64,000 nt of DNA from Macrostomum lignano (taxonomy: Eukaryota): NCBI GenBank assembly GCA_002269645.1, contig NIVC01002013.1, positions 1-64,000 on the forward strand, read 5' to 3'. Under the pieces are notes generated by a model that worked only from the letters and a program-made list of their open reading frames with translations, had not been told where the DNA came from and ran no database searches. The position numbers were made by a program, and so were the translations under genes. Positions 11,743 to 23,500 of the stretch are shown here, piece after piece (positions within the stretch are counted from its first letter, which is position 1; each line of letters opens with the position of its first letter).

Positions 11743-13504
11743 AAATGTAACTATGGATGAGACAGACGACGGATCAGCGCTGATAATTAAGCAGAAGTGG
11801 TCGTGGCTGGTACAGCAGGTAGATTATTCGTAGACTCCTTGAGTCACCCGATTAAACTCTCAAAGCGACTATCATAAGCGCGTAACGAAACAAGCCAAGT
11901 AATGTACAAGTTAGGCCATTTAACGCTTTTCATCATTAGTGCAATAATCCACCTAAATTTCAGGACTATCTGCAGTCGCAATTCTGAAGTGTTCATCTCA
12001 ATCGGAGAAAGCATGGAACAGACCTGACTGTGAACTTTTAGCCAAAACTCGGACTATTTTACTCCACAACTGACATCAGCTTTTACATTTCGATCCGGTA
12101 GAACCTCAAAGCTTTTTTTGAAAACAAATGCCATGCTCAGTACTTGCAGTAGAAATGAATAGATTTTTGCTTCCGTTTAAACACAACTTATCCTTATTGT
12201 ATTGGCCAAATACTTATCCAAAACGGCTACTAAACTTGTGAATGAATTTTTAGCTACAATGAGCAAAATTTGAACAATTCAAACAAAATATTGATGAACG
12301 CATTGGCGTCAAAAACCTATTATGGCTAAAATATTTTATAATAAATAAAATCCGAAAATACCTCAAAAGCTAAAAATTCTACAACACTTCTTTATTAAAT
12401 ATACTGTAATCTAAAATACTGTAATTTTTGCTTCAGTTACGTATATTTAAGCCTTAATCTAACCCACATGTACTCAGATCTTTTCTATCCCGAATCTCTT
12501 AGCTTTGAAATTATCCAAATTAATATTTGTTAAAACTAAGCCATTTTGTTTCAAATTTAAACAAAATTCTACTTTGATCAATCGCTTGCAACAGGCAAAT
12601 AAATAAAATTATTGTTTAACACCTTCAATTGTAGCTGATTTTACTACTTTTAAACATTTATTTTTTATGTATTTTAATCATTAAAAAGTCCTGTGTTCAA
12701 ATCCGGACAATAGGATAATATTATCGATAACAGTAACAAAGTACTTAGGGAAACACGATACAACATTTTTATATAATTGTTCAAGCAATATCTAATATCA
12801 ATACGTCGAAGAAAGAATAAATTATACATTACTTCTAATGATCTAAAGATAAAAAAATGAAAAAAATGAATGAGTGAAGTTGGACAAAAATGTACTTTTA
12901 GGCGCCAACGATTAAGGCAAGTTTAGATTGGATAAATAAATCATTTTAATTACTCAAAAAACTATAATGCATAATTAAACTATAAAAAACACAGCAGACA
13001 CTATTCGCTGGGCAATAATAATATAATAGTAATATAAGGCTCGTAGAATTAAAAATATTACGTTTCTGACTATTGGAAATAAAGCGGAAAATAAGAGTAA
13101 CGCGCACTAAGCACTACTTTTTGTAAGCAAGTAAGTAGTGCAGCAGCGAACTAGATAGTGAATAAACATATCATCTAGTTTGTTCTGCTATCACGCGATT
13201 GAAAATTTAGCAGAGGCTGTCGAGAGTCGCTGTCTCCGTAGTGGCTTTCGTTTGTCTCCACCTGCAAGTGGGTACCGGGGGCGGAGTGGTGTTATTAAAT
13301 GCTAGCTAAGCTAGCTTTATCAGGGCAGCGACACAGCATCTGCAGCATTGACACAAGTAAAACTGAGACAGAAGTTGAGTTAAGTCACCAAATAAAGTGC
13401 GCATTTTGTCGGCCTAAACTAAAGACCATTAATTTATTATTATGCTGGATAGGATAGAATAATGTAGAGATACCAAGCCACTGTATTATACGGATTTATG
13501 ACAA

Positions 13505-13578
13505 GGCGGACAGGACAGACAGATACAGAAATATAAACAGACAGACAGACAGACGGACAGACAGAGAGACAGACAGAA

Positions 13579-13617
<39 letters not shown>

Positions 13618-13654
13618 GAGACAGACAGACACACAGACAGACAGACAGACAGAA

Positions 13655-13709
<55 letters not shown>

Positions 13710-13816
13710 GAGACAGACAGACACACAGACAGACAGAAAGACAGACAGACACACAGACAGACAGACAGAGAGACACACAGACAGACGGACAGACAGACAA
13801 AGAGACAGACAGACAC

Positions 13817-13847
<31 letters not shown>

Positions 13848-13848
13848 C

Positions 13849-13883
<35 letters not shown>

Positions 13884-13884
13884 C

Positions 13885-13917
<33 letters not shown>

Positions 13918-13954
13918 GAGACAGACAGACACACAGACAGACAGACAGACAGAA

Positions 13955-13989
<35 letters not shown>

Positions 13990-14056
13990 GAGACACACAG
14001 ACAGACAGACAGAAAGAAAGAAAGACAGACAGACAAACAGACAGACACACACAGAC

Positions 14057-14093
<37 letters not shown>

Positions 14094-14130
14094 GAGACAG
14101 ACAGACACACAGACAGACAGACAGACAGAA

Positions 14131-14165
<35 letters not shown>

Positions 14166-14228
14166 GAGACACACAGACAGACAGACAGAAAGAAAGAAAG
14201 ACAGACAGACAAACAGACAGACACACAC

Positions 14229-14283
<55 letters not shown>

Positions 14284-14285
14284 GG
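13505..14285 (+). repeat. (GACA)n microsatellite with GAGA/GAAA/CACA variants
   Basis: Directly visible tetranucleotide array of about 780 bp. Confidence 0.98.
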
Positions 14286-14509
14286 CAAATACATATGACA
14301 GGCAACAATTGGCCTACTGTTAACACAGGCGTGTAAGTGCTGGTGAGAAGTAAGACACAACAGACGTTATGCAAACAGCTGTAAAGTGCAAGTTAGTAAA
14401 TGGCTAAGGAAGTAAACAACATTCCAGCATGCTAGAAAAGTGCTAAGAGTGCGCAAAGCACACACATGAGTGCACAGAGACTGACAGCGGCTCTGTCCGC
14501 CTCTCTGTT

Positions 14510-14560
14510 TCAGTCCATGCCAAGCGGCTTCACATCCTGCCTGCCGGCTTGCACCAGCGC
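14510..14560 (-). CDS. MTAP: Probable MTAP terminal exon ([16 protein letters not shown])
   Basis: Acceptor cccaatgcaag|GCG, phase 0; gives the expected total length of about 281 aa. Sequence similarity to other MTAP C-termini is weak. Confidence 0.55.
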   Translation of the reverse strand, partial: ALVQAGRQDVKPLGMD

Positions 14561-17500
14561 CTTGCATTGGGAAGCGGGATTTATTGATGACATATTATTT
14601 TAAAAATACGATTTCAGAATTATCAAATAATGATTAAAATTCACAATGTCTCCACTTCATAATTTACGATTGAAAATCCAGATTAAAGTCCCCAATTGAA
14701 ATCCCGATTGAGAATCCCGATGGAGAATCCCGACTGAGAATCCCGATTGAGAATCCCGATTGAAAATCCCGATGGAGAATCCCGATTGAAAATCCCGATT
14801 GAGAATCCTGATTGAGAATCCCGATTGAGAATCCCGATTGAGAATCCCGATGGAGAATCCCGATTGAAAATCCCGATTGAGAATCCCGACTGAGAATCCC
14901 GATTGAGAATCCCGATTGAGAATCCCGATGGAGAATCCCGATTGAAAATCCCGATTGAGAATCCTGATTGAGAATCCCGATTGAGAATCCTGATGGAGAA
15001 TCCCGATTGAGAATCCTGATTGAGAATCCCGATGGAGAATCCCGATTGAGAATCCCAATTGAGAATCTCAATGGAGAATCCTGATTGAGAATCCCGATGG
15101 AGAATCCCGATTGAGAATCCCGATTGAGAATCCCAATTGAGAATCTCAATGGAGAATCCCGATTGAGAATCCCAATTGAGAATCTCAATGGAGAATCCTG
15201 ATTGAGAATCCTGATTGAGAATCCCGATTGAGAATCCCGATTGAAAATCCCGATAGAGAATCCTGATTGAGAATCCCGATATAGAATCCTGATTGAGAAT
15301 CCTGATTGAGAATCCTGATTGAGAATCCCGATTGAAAATCCCGATAGAGAATCCTGATGGAGAATCCCGATATAGAATCCTGATTGAGAATCCCGATTGA
15401 GAATCCGGATTGAGAATCCCGATTGAGAATCCTGATTGAGAATCCCGATGGAGAATCCCGATGGAGAATCCCGATGGAGAATCCCGATTGAGAATCTCAA
15501 TGGAGAATCCCGATGGAGAATCCCGATGGAGAATCCCGATTGAGAATCCTGATTGAGAATCCCGATCGAGAAGACACCAGTATAAATTCATGATTATATC
15601 AATCCAAAAACCTAGAGGCAAATCTCTGCCATTTTGCATAAAACTCCACTCAAGTATTTTAAAAAAAGAAACAATACATAAAATCTGACAGCAAACTTTT
15701 CCATTCTCACCTCTTTCTGGCGCAGAATTTCTGTCCAATCTTTCTGGGCAAGTTTCGGAATGACCTCCCGTATGATCAGCTCGGCTTTGTGCGCGTTTTC
15801 TTTGAATGTCTTCAGCACCTTCTCCACCGACACCTGTAGAAAAGCAGCCCATCATTAAGAGCTTAATTATTACTATAAAACGCTGTGACTACATGACGCT
15901 CATTCAGAAAGCGCCGAGAGAAGATGACACGCCATTAGAAAGCGCCGAGAGAAGATGATGCGCCAGCAGAAAGCGCTAATAGAAGATGACGCGCCAGCAG
16001 AAAGCGCTGAGAGAAGATGACGCGCCAGCAGAAGGCGCCAAGAAAAGATGACGCGCCAGCAGAAAGCGCCAATAGAAGATGACGCGCCAGCAGAAAGCGC
16101 TAATAGAAGATGACGCGCCAGCAGAAAGCGCCAATAGAAGATGACGCGCAGACACTCACATGCTCCTGATCCTCTCTCCAGCTGTCATAGTCGGTCACCA
16201 TGGCGATAAGCGCGTAGCACAGACCGGCCTCCTTAGCTAGCACTACCTCAGGCACAGTGCTCATATTGATGACGTCACAGCCCCAGGCGTGCCACAATCG
16301 GCTCTCAGCCCTAGACGAGAACCTCGGACCCTCGATGGTGAGCACAGTGCCTTTTGGGTGAATGTGCATGCCAAGACCCTTGCAGACACTGTTGACAATG
16401 GCTCGGGTGTGATCGCAGAACGGCTCAGCCGTGGGGATGTGAAACACGCCGTCCGGATGGCCCGGCTGTCCATCGTAGAAAGTCTCAATCCGGTGCCTTG
16501 TTTGGTCGATGAACTGGTCAACTAGCACAATGTCGCCAGGGTGCGTGTGCTCCTGAGGTCGATAATCATTGTGGTTAAAACTGAGAGTTTTTATTATAGG
16601 GCATGAGCAGCCACACGCTCACACAGGGTGTACAGCGGCCCTGACTTAATTTATCGTCAGGCGTGTATACTTCACTGTGCCTTGGGGGAGGGGGCGCTCA
16701 AGGGCTTTAATCGCACGAGCAGAGCCAAGCTGAGATTCTAATTTAGCCTCAAATAAATTTTATGCTACAACACTATATCATTATTCATTTGATTTAAGAA
16801 GTCGAACACTTAATATGACAAGGCGAACCATATTCAACCCGTGCTTCGACGATTGTCTATGGCCAAAACCGTACAAGGGGAGAACAATGAATTTCAGACA
16901 CGGCCAACCATATTCAACCCATGCTTCGACGATTGTCTATGGCCAAAACCGTGCAAGGGGAGAGCACTGAATTTCAGACACGGCCAACCATATTCAACCC
17001 GTGCTTCGACGATTGTCTATGGCCAAAACCGTGCAAGGGAAGAGCACTGAATTTCAGACACGGCCAACCATATTCAACCCGTGCTTCGACGATTGTCTAT
17101 GGCCAAAACCGTACAAGGGGAGAACAATGAATTTCAGACACGGCCAACCATATTCAACCCATGCTTCGACGATTGTCTATGGCCAAAACCGTACAAGGGG
17201 AGAACAATGAATTTCAGACACGGCCAACCATATTCAACCCATGCTTCGACGATTGTCTATGGCCAAAACCGTGCAAGGGGAGAGCACTGAATTTCAGACA
17301 CGGCCAACCATATTCAACCCGTGCTTCGACGATTGTCTATGGCCAAAACCGTACAAGGGGAGAACAATGAATTTCAGACACGGCCAACCATATTCAACCC
17401 ATGCTTCGACGATTGTCTATGGCCAAAACCGTGCAAGGGGAGAGCACTGAATTTCAGACACGGCCAACCATATTCAACCCGTGCTTCGACGATTGTCTAT

Positions 17501-20500
17501 GGCCAAAACCGTGCAAGGGAAGAGCACTGAATTTCAGACACGGCCAACCATATTCAACCCGTGCTTCGACGATTGTCTATGGCCAAAACCGTGCAAGGGG
17601 CGTCGAGCAGTTGAGTTTAGACTTTAAACTCAGAACCATTAGATAAAAACAGTGTATTTTGTGATGCACACTGCCAACAAGTCTGCAACTGCAACTGTGA
17701 CTAAACTGTCAGACCGCATGTGAGCTCAATCAGATGTTTTCACGGGCCAAGCGCCGCGGGCCAGGAAGCGCAGTGTGTGAGCAAATCAGCTGCTGCACTC
17801 TTGTCAACCGTGATGACAGCCACGCCTGACTCAGCGATTCTCTGCATTGTCATGGAACGCCAATCCTGTAGATTGATTTTGTCTGGTGGCCTCTCCAGCT
17901 CTGGTGGGCATGACTTGTCTGAATTGAACTGCTCCGTGTCTTGAATTCAATGCTCTGCCTGTGCCACAGACCTTAGGCGGTGTTTTCACCATAGACGAAA
18001 GTAGAAGCATTGGTTGAATACGATTGGCGGTGTCCGCTTGGGGTTTTACATACACACACACACCAGCTGTCATGTTTAATTAGTATGTTAATCGCATGAC
18101 GCACGTGCTCACACAGTTTGTACAGCGCTACCTACCGTATGTAAGAGTTACTCTTAAAGCCATTCATTTACGCATTTAACTCTGCTAATGCTTGGTGTCG
18201 CCGCTAGAAAGCGGCAAGTGTCTTCTTCAAAATACTAGAGCAATAACAGTGAAAATATTTAGGCAAGCTTGGTGTAGCTGCGTTTTTTCTTAAGATTCTC
18301 GTTTACTGCACCACTTTTGACCATAGACAGCGAATGCGTGCGATACAAAACCAATTTAGGTGCAAGCAATTTGTTTTTAGGTTGTGCAAGCCTATGACAG
18401 TCTACTCAGTACTCAACTAACCTTATCTCTGAAACTTATAATCCAAATCTAAACTTAAAGTTATTTTTAAAAAGACACTTTAGGCCGCTTTTCAACGATA
18501 CCAAATTTGTGGGTCTGCGGTTTACTAAAGATGAGCTGCGATAGTACAGTTACAAAAGGCAATAGATAGGAATCTCACTTGCAATCCGCCGCATGCAGAC
18601 GTGGCCAGAACATGCGTGCAGCCCTCGGACTTCAAGGCCCAAATGTTAGCTCTGTAGTTCACGTTCGTAGGGTTGAACTGGTGTCGGCGGCCGTGCCTGA
18701 GGCGCGGAGTCGAGGGTGGATAAGACAGATTACGTAACACAATGAGAAACACGCCTGACCCGCTTCAAGTTGACCAGGTGTGTGGCGAGGGGTCATAACT
18801 CTAAGGGTGGTAACTGACCTGAGGGCTGAACCAAGCAGTCGAATTAGCAGCATAGCTAACCACAGCCAACTCTACCTAACTGCCTAGACGCACTCTCGCG
18901 CAACCACGACCCCTGGTTCGATTCCGCGAGCGGCCAAATTTATTTGGGGCTTGTGTGCTCTAAAAATGGCCGGACTTTGTCGTGCGACTAACACCTATGA
19001 GAGCCAACCCTCAAGGCGCAGAGAGTGTACATGCCTGACGATTAGAAAGTCAGGGCCGCTGAACACCCTGACTAATCGTATATGACTAAGCGTGCCCGTC
19101 GAAACATTCACCCGGAAACTTCACCCAGAAATTAGTGATATGACAAATCCCGGAACAAAGCTTAATCCGGATGGATTTCCCGGCACATTTCACCCAGATC
19201 AGAGTGCTTGTTCCCGGATAACTCCCGGATCTTTCCCGAATCAGGTGGGTCTTGAAATCGGAAAAGATGGGAATATATCCACTAACATGGCGATTTTTAG
19301 CGGAAGCCTCCGATGGAGACCCGCTGAATACAGACCCCAGCAGATGGTTTATCCCATCAGGCAAACCCTCGCATCCGTTTGGTCAGCGGCGCGAATTTCT
19401 CTTGGAAACACTGCACTGTAGCCTTCGTAATGTGAGGCCGTGCCCACCCTAAAAAGGTTTGACTCCCGATGGTATGTAGTCTGTCGCGGTTACTTAGTGT
19501 AACAGATCACCCCTTTGTCTGGTGCAGCTGGGTGTCTAGATGGAGCTGTCGTATGGTTCCAAAAGCTCCTACTGACCCAGTGTCTAAGACAGCCTTTTCT
19601 ATTTTAAGACACGCTATTCTAGCTCTTGCTAGATTGGGTTGTCTAAAGCGTTTGCAGTGTTGCTGAATACTCGATTAATGGCTACAAGGGGTAATTAATC
19701 CTCGATTTCACTACGCAATTATTTCTCTCTTCCTAAACCTTGGTCCACTTGTTTGTTCAATTCCCATGAGTATTTTTATCTCCTTTAAATGTTACTTTAC
19801 ATATAACTTGTGACATTGATTGTAATAAATTCCGGTAATTAAACAACCATTACTGTCTTACTGTTATTTTCAGTTACAATATCCTTTTACCCCCTTAGCA
19901 TGACAGGAGGAGGTGGCGGCCGAGGCGGAAGCGGAACGGGGTCAGTTCAAAGTAAGTCTGTATTAATACTAGTATTATACATATACGTATGTTTATAAAT
20001 GGCATAAATATTTACAAAAACATTTCCGTATTGTAGAGAGGTGTTACGTCTGCAACAAATTAGGCCATCAGTCAAAAAATTGTTGGCACAAAAAGAAGGC
20101 AAAGACACCGACACAAAAACCGCCGCCGCAACAGGATTCGCCGCAGGAGCAGGAGAAGGAGAAGCAAGACTAACCCAAGTGTTAAAAAACAGGCGCTGCG
20201 CCAGCGTGCATATGATTTGTGCTGTTGGGACTTGTAATGACTCTAAGCAGCGCAATTTTCTTGTACAACGTAATCTAGGTACAAACTATCAAGCAACTAA
20301 AATCGCAAGTCTGGTTTTCAGTTTTCACTTGGTGATCTATCTGATTAAAGCGCACAAGGATAAATATAAATGTGATCAATCCTTCTAGACAGTTTTTGTA
20401 TTTCTTATTCGGTAAAACAGGTCGTATCAATTAATGCATGCTGTGCAATGTTTGCCTTTTTGCGGACTGCTGAATATTTAAGGTGATTGAAGTGTGAAAT

Positions 20501-23500
20501 CCTCGGATATTTTTTTCAATCAGTCCATGCATATACCTCTGACAGTAGTACCTAATTAATATGCAATTATTTCAGCAGCTAATTTTAGAGTGTGGAGAAT
20601 GTAATGAGTTGCTTACATGTATTTTATTTTTACTTCCTACCTACTAATGCTACCATCTCATATTCGGCATACAGCGCGCATCAGTATAGTAAATCTTTCA
20701 AGCTGACTCCATCAGAACGAAGTTAAATTCTGCTCCGGTAAAGAGACAGAGGGTATTGTATAGTAAGTTCTAATTGGTTACTTTAAAAAAGTTATGTAAT
20801 TAATGTAATTATCTGCTGGAACTGGTAAAGAATAATTAATTGGTTTGCTATTGGTAAATTTGTCTTCTGAAAATTCCGATTCAGAGAACAGTTGTTTTTA
20901 GGTGGAAAAATGCTTTTGCCTTCCATTCTTCTGTTTTCTCCTTTGAATAACTTTGTGTGCAACTTGAAATGGCACATACTGATGAATAGGTAGCTCACCC
21001 ACTGATGGACACGTAGCTGACCCACTGATGGACAGGTAGCACATATTAATTAATTAACGACTGCTAAACGTTAGAATATTATATTTTGTATACAAAGCCC
21101 ACTAAGCTTCTTAGTTAGTTCTTAAAATTTAAGCCAAAAAAGATAAGAACACTAATAAACCATCGCTTTAATAGCACATACTGATGGAGGGACTGTAAAT
21201 ACTCTAGTGGTACTTGGTGGGATAGCCTGCACGGGACAGTCTCGTCGAGACTGAATTGTGCATCGCGTTTAATTTGGAAATTTAGCGTAAGGTATTTTAT
21301 AGTATGTACAAATATTGATCATTGCGAAATATTTTAGCAGTATATGTATACCTGCAGTTAATTTCTGTTTCATAAATTTTTTATAAATTTATTTAAACAG
21401 TTATGTATAAACTTTGTTTAAATTAAATTAAAAATGTAGCCCATTAAGCTTCTTAGTTCTTAATTTAGGTCATAGCCATAAAAGTTACGAACATTAAAAC
21501 CATCGTCCCACCTTTGAAGACGACAGCGTCTTCATTCACTAGTTTAAGGTTTAATTTTTAAGTTGAGTGTTATACGCTCGTACATGGTCATCTGGTCTCA
21601 TTTATTTTGTTTTAAGTAGATAAAATAGCGCTTTCTTGCAACTACGGCAAAAGCGATGTAAGGCCCCAAAGCAATTATTTATTGTATATATGCGTTTCTT
21701 AGCATAAGCTGCACTATGAACCGCCCAAACTCTTGCGTCCTTGCGTATTTAACATTTGGGTCATCCTTATGTACCCTGAATGAGGGGATCGACCGGCTGC
21801 ACAGATTGGAGACCATCTTATGGTCAAGTACTGGGCCGTCTTTCACGCTACTCCGAATTCGGCTGCGGTTCCAAAAAGGAATTGGTGGACAAGTTTCCCA
21901 CTGAAGCGGCTAAAGTCGACGTGGCCACAGACGGGCGCTATGTGTGGCTCCGCACACATGCGAAGCACCCAGCCGGACAAGCAGCGCTCGGCGCCTTCTG
22001 GCCGAAAGATGCCAGGCAGCAGCGTGCCGTCTATGAGCTTCTTACTCAGTGGAGTTGGTAGGACACTGTACCCATGGTCGCACTGTCAGGTTCCCGACCG
22101 GCACCGCAGCCTCCCGTTCTAGTGCCTGAGCGCCACATATATCAAAGACTGTCTAACAACCGCTCTACCGATCAAATCTGCATAGAACAACAGCGGCAGT
22201 CGGATGGCTTTGCCAGAGCGGTGCAATGCGGCTGCAGTTTTTCTGTCAGGCCCAATCACGACGTGGCCTCTACGGCTCCAAATAGACATCCTGGGTCTTC
22301 TAACCGCTGCGTTGCGCGACCCGGTGCATGTCGCTAAAGGCTTCCAATGTTCGACTAACTGCCTACTACACCTCGTGTGCAACAGCGCCCGGACTATGGG
22401 CCTCGGTTACGAGACATACCTCAGAGGTCTCGGTAAGCCACGCCTGGCCGGCACAGAGGCTATTGTCGATCGGAGCGACGCATTGTGTTGGTCACTCATA
22501 AATAATCGAGCGTCCCGCTAAGAGTGTAGCGAAGGCAAAAATGTGTCATCAAACTGTTTCTTGATGCACTCGTCGCAGAGGGCGGCTCAGGATTTTGTCC
22601 GGCGGACAACGTTGCCGTCACTATTACTGGTGTAGAGGTTTAATACTGTGCAATCGGCGATGCGTTCGTGCTCGAGGATATGTGGCAGATTGCCTCCTCT
22701 AACCTGCGACCAATTTGCCTGCTGAGATAGCCTGTGCAGAACTTAGAAATAGAACCTCTGCACACCATGTCAGGCGTTCTCTTCGAGTCGGACATCCGTG
22801 GGTGTCGCTTCTCGTGTACGGCAGCTCCTTTGTGACCCCTTTGGCTGCGTAGTGAATTTTTTACTGCATTTAATTTCTTCTTTTCGTCAGTAAGTGGTGC
22901 AAGGTACACGTTCCCCTCCTTACAATGATGTTCGAATCCATTGATGTATTTTTACTGCTGTGTCGCCCTGTAAAATCAAATGCTTTTGGCGGGCAGGCCA
23001 ATAACAATTGTATTAGAACATTTTTAATACAAAGTATACCAATGTTTTCTCTAATTTTCGATGAGTAACATTTTATCGGTAGCTGTCTTCAGTATTTTAT
23101 TGATTTTTGTTCCCAACTGTTTGTTATAGTTATTGTTTTCATAGTATACTTATGACTTAGAACTACGGCAGCATAGTTATATGTTAAGCCCAGCTGATTA
23201 ATTAAGTTGCAGCATGTAATTAATGGCGGCCCACCGCTAGGTCGCGCCGCGAAAGCCACTCACTCTGCAGCTAGTTGTAACCTATACAAAACGGCCTACA
23301 ATGGCATATTATTTTCACGCTCATTCCAGTCAACGCGTGTACCGCTACAATGTCCTAATCAACATTGCTACAATGTTTGCAAAGTGAACGCTATTCTGCG
23401 AGAGAATAGTGACCTTCGGCGTTTGCAACGCCAACGCCAGTCGAACTTCTCAGATGAACAATTAAAAGTTGCCTGGGTACTCTGGGTACTCTGAAGTTGT

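Noticed and set aside
13440-15855. Long ORFs (CLSV)n and ([13 protein letters not shown])n
   Set aside because: Translations of the GACA microsatellite and the 13-bp minisatellite.
16826-17598. Series of 69-aa ORFs, or a CRISPR array
   Set aside because: A by-product of an 80-bp tandem repeat with no unique spacers.
17720-18073. Possible extra exon or gene in MTAP intron 3
   Set aside because: Coding-like composition, but no recognisable motif and no phase-compatible splice pair that preserves MTAP.
19030-19056. Hammerhead ribozyme core (CTGACGA...GAAA) in the SINE
   Set aside because: There is no stem II or III, these bases form part of the SINE hairpin, and the 11375 copy has CTAACGA.
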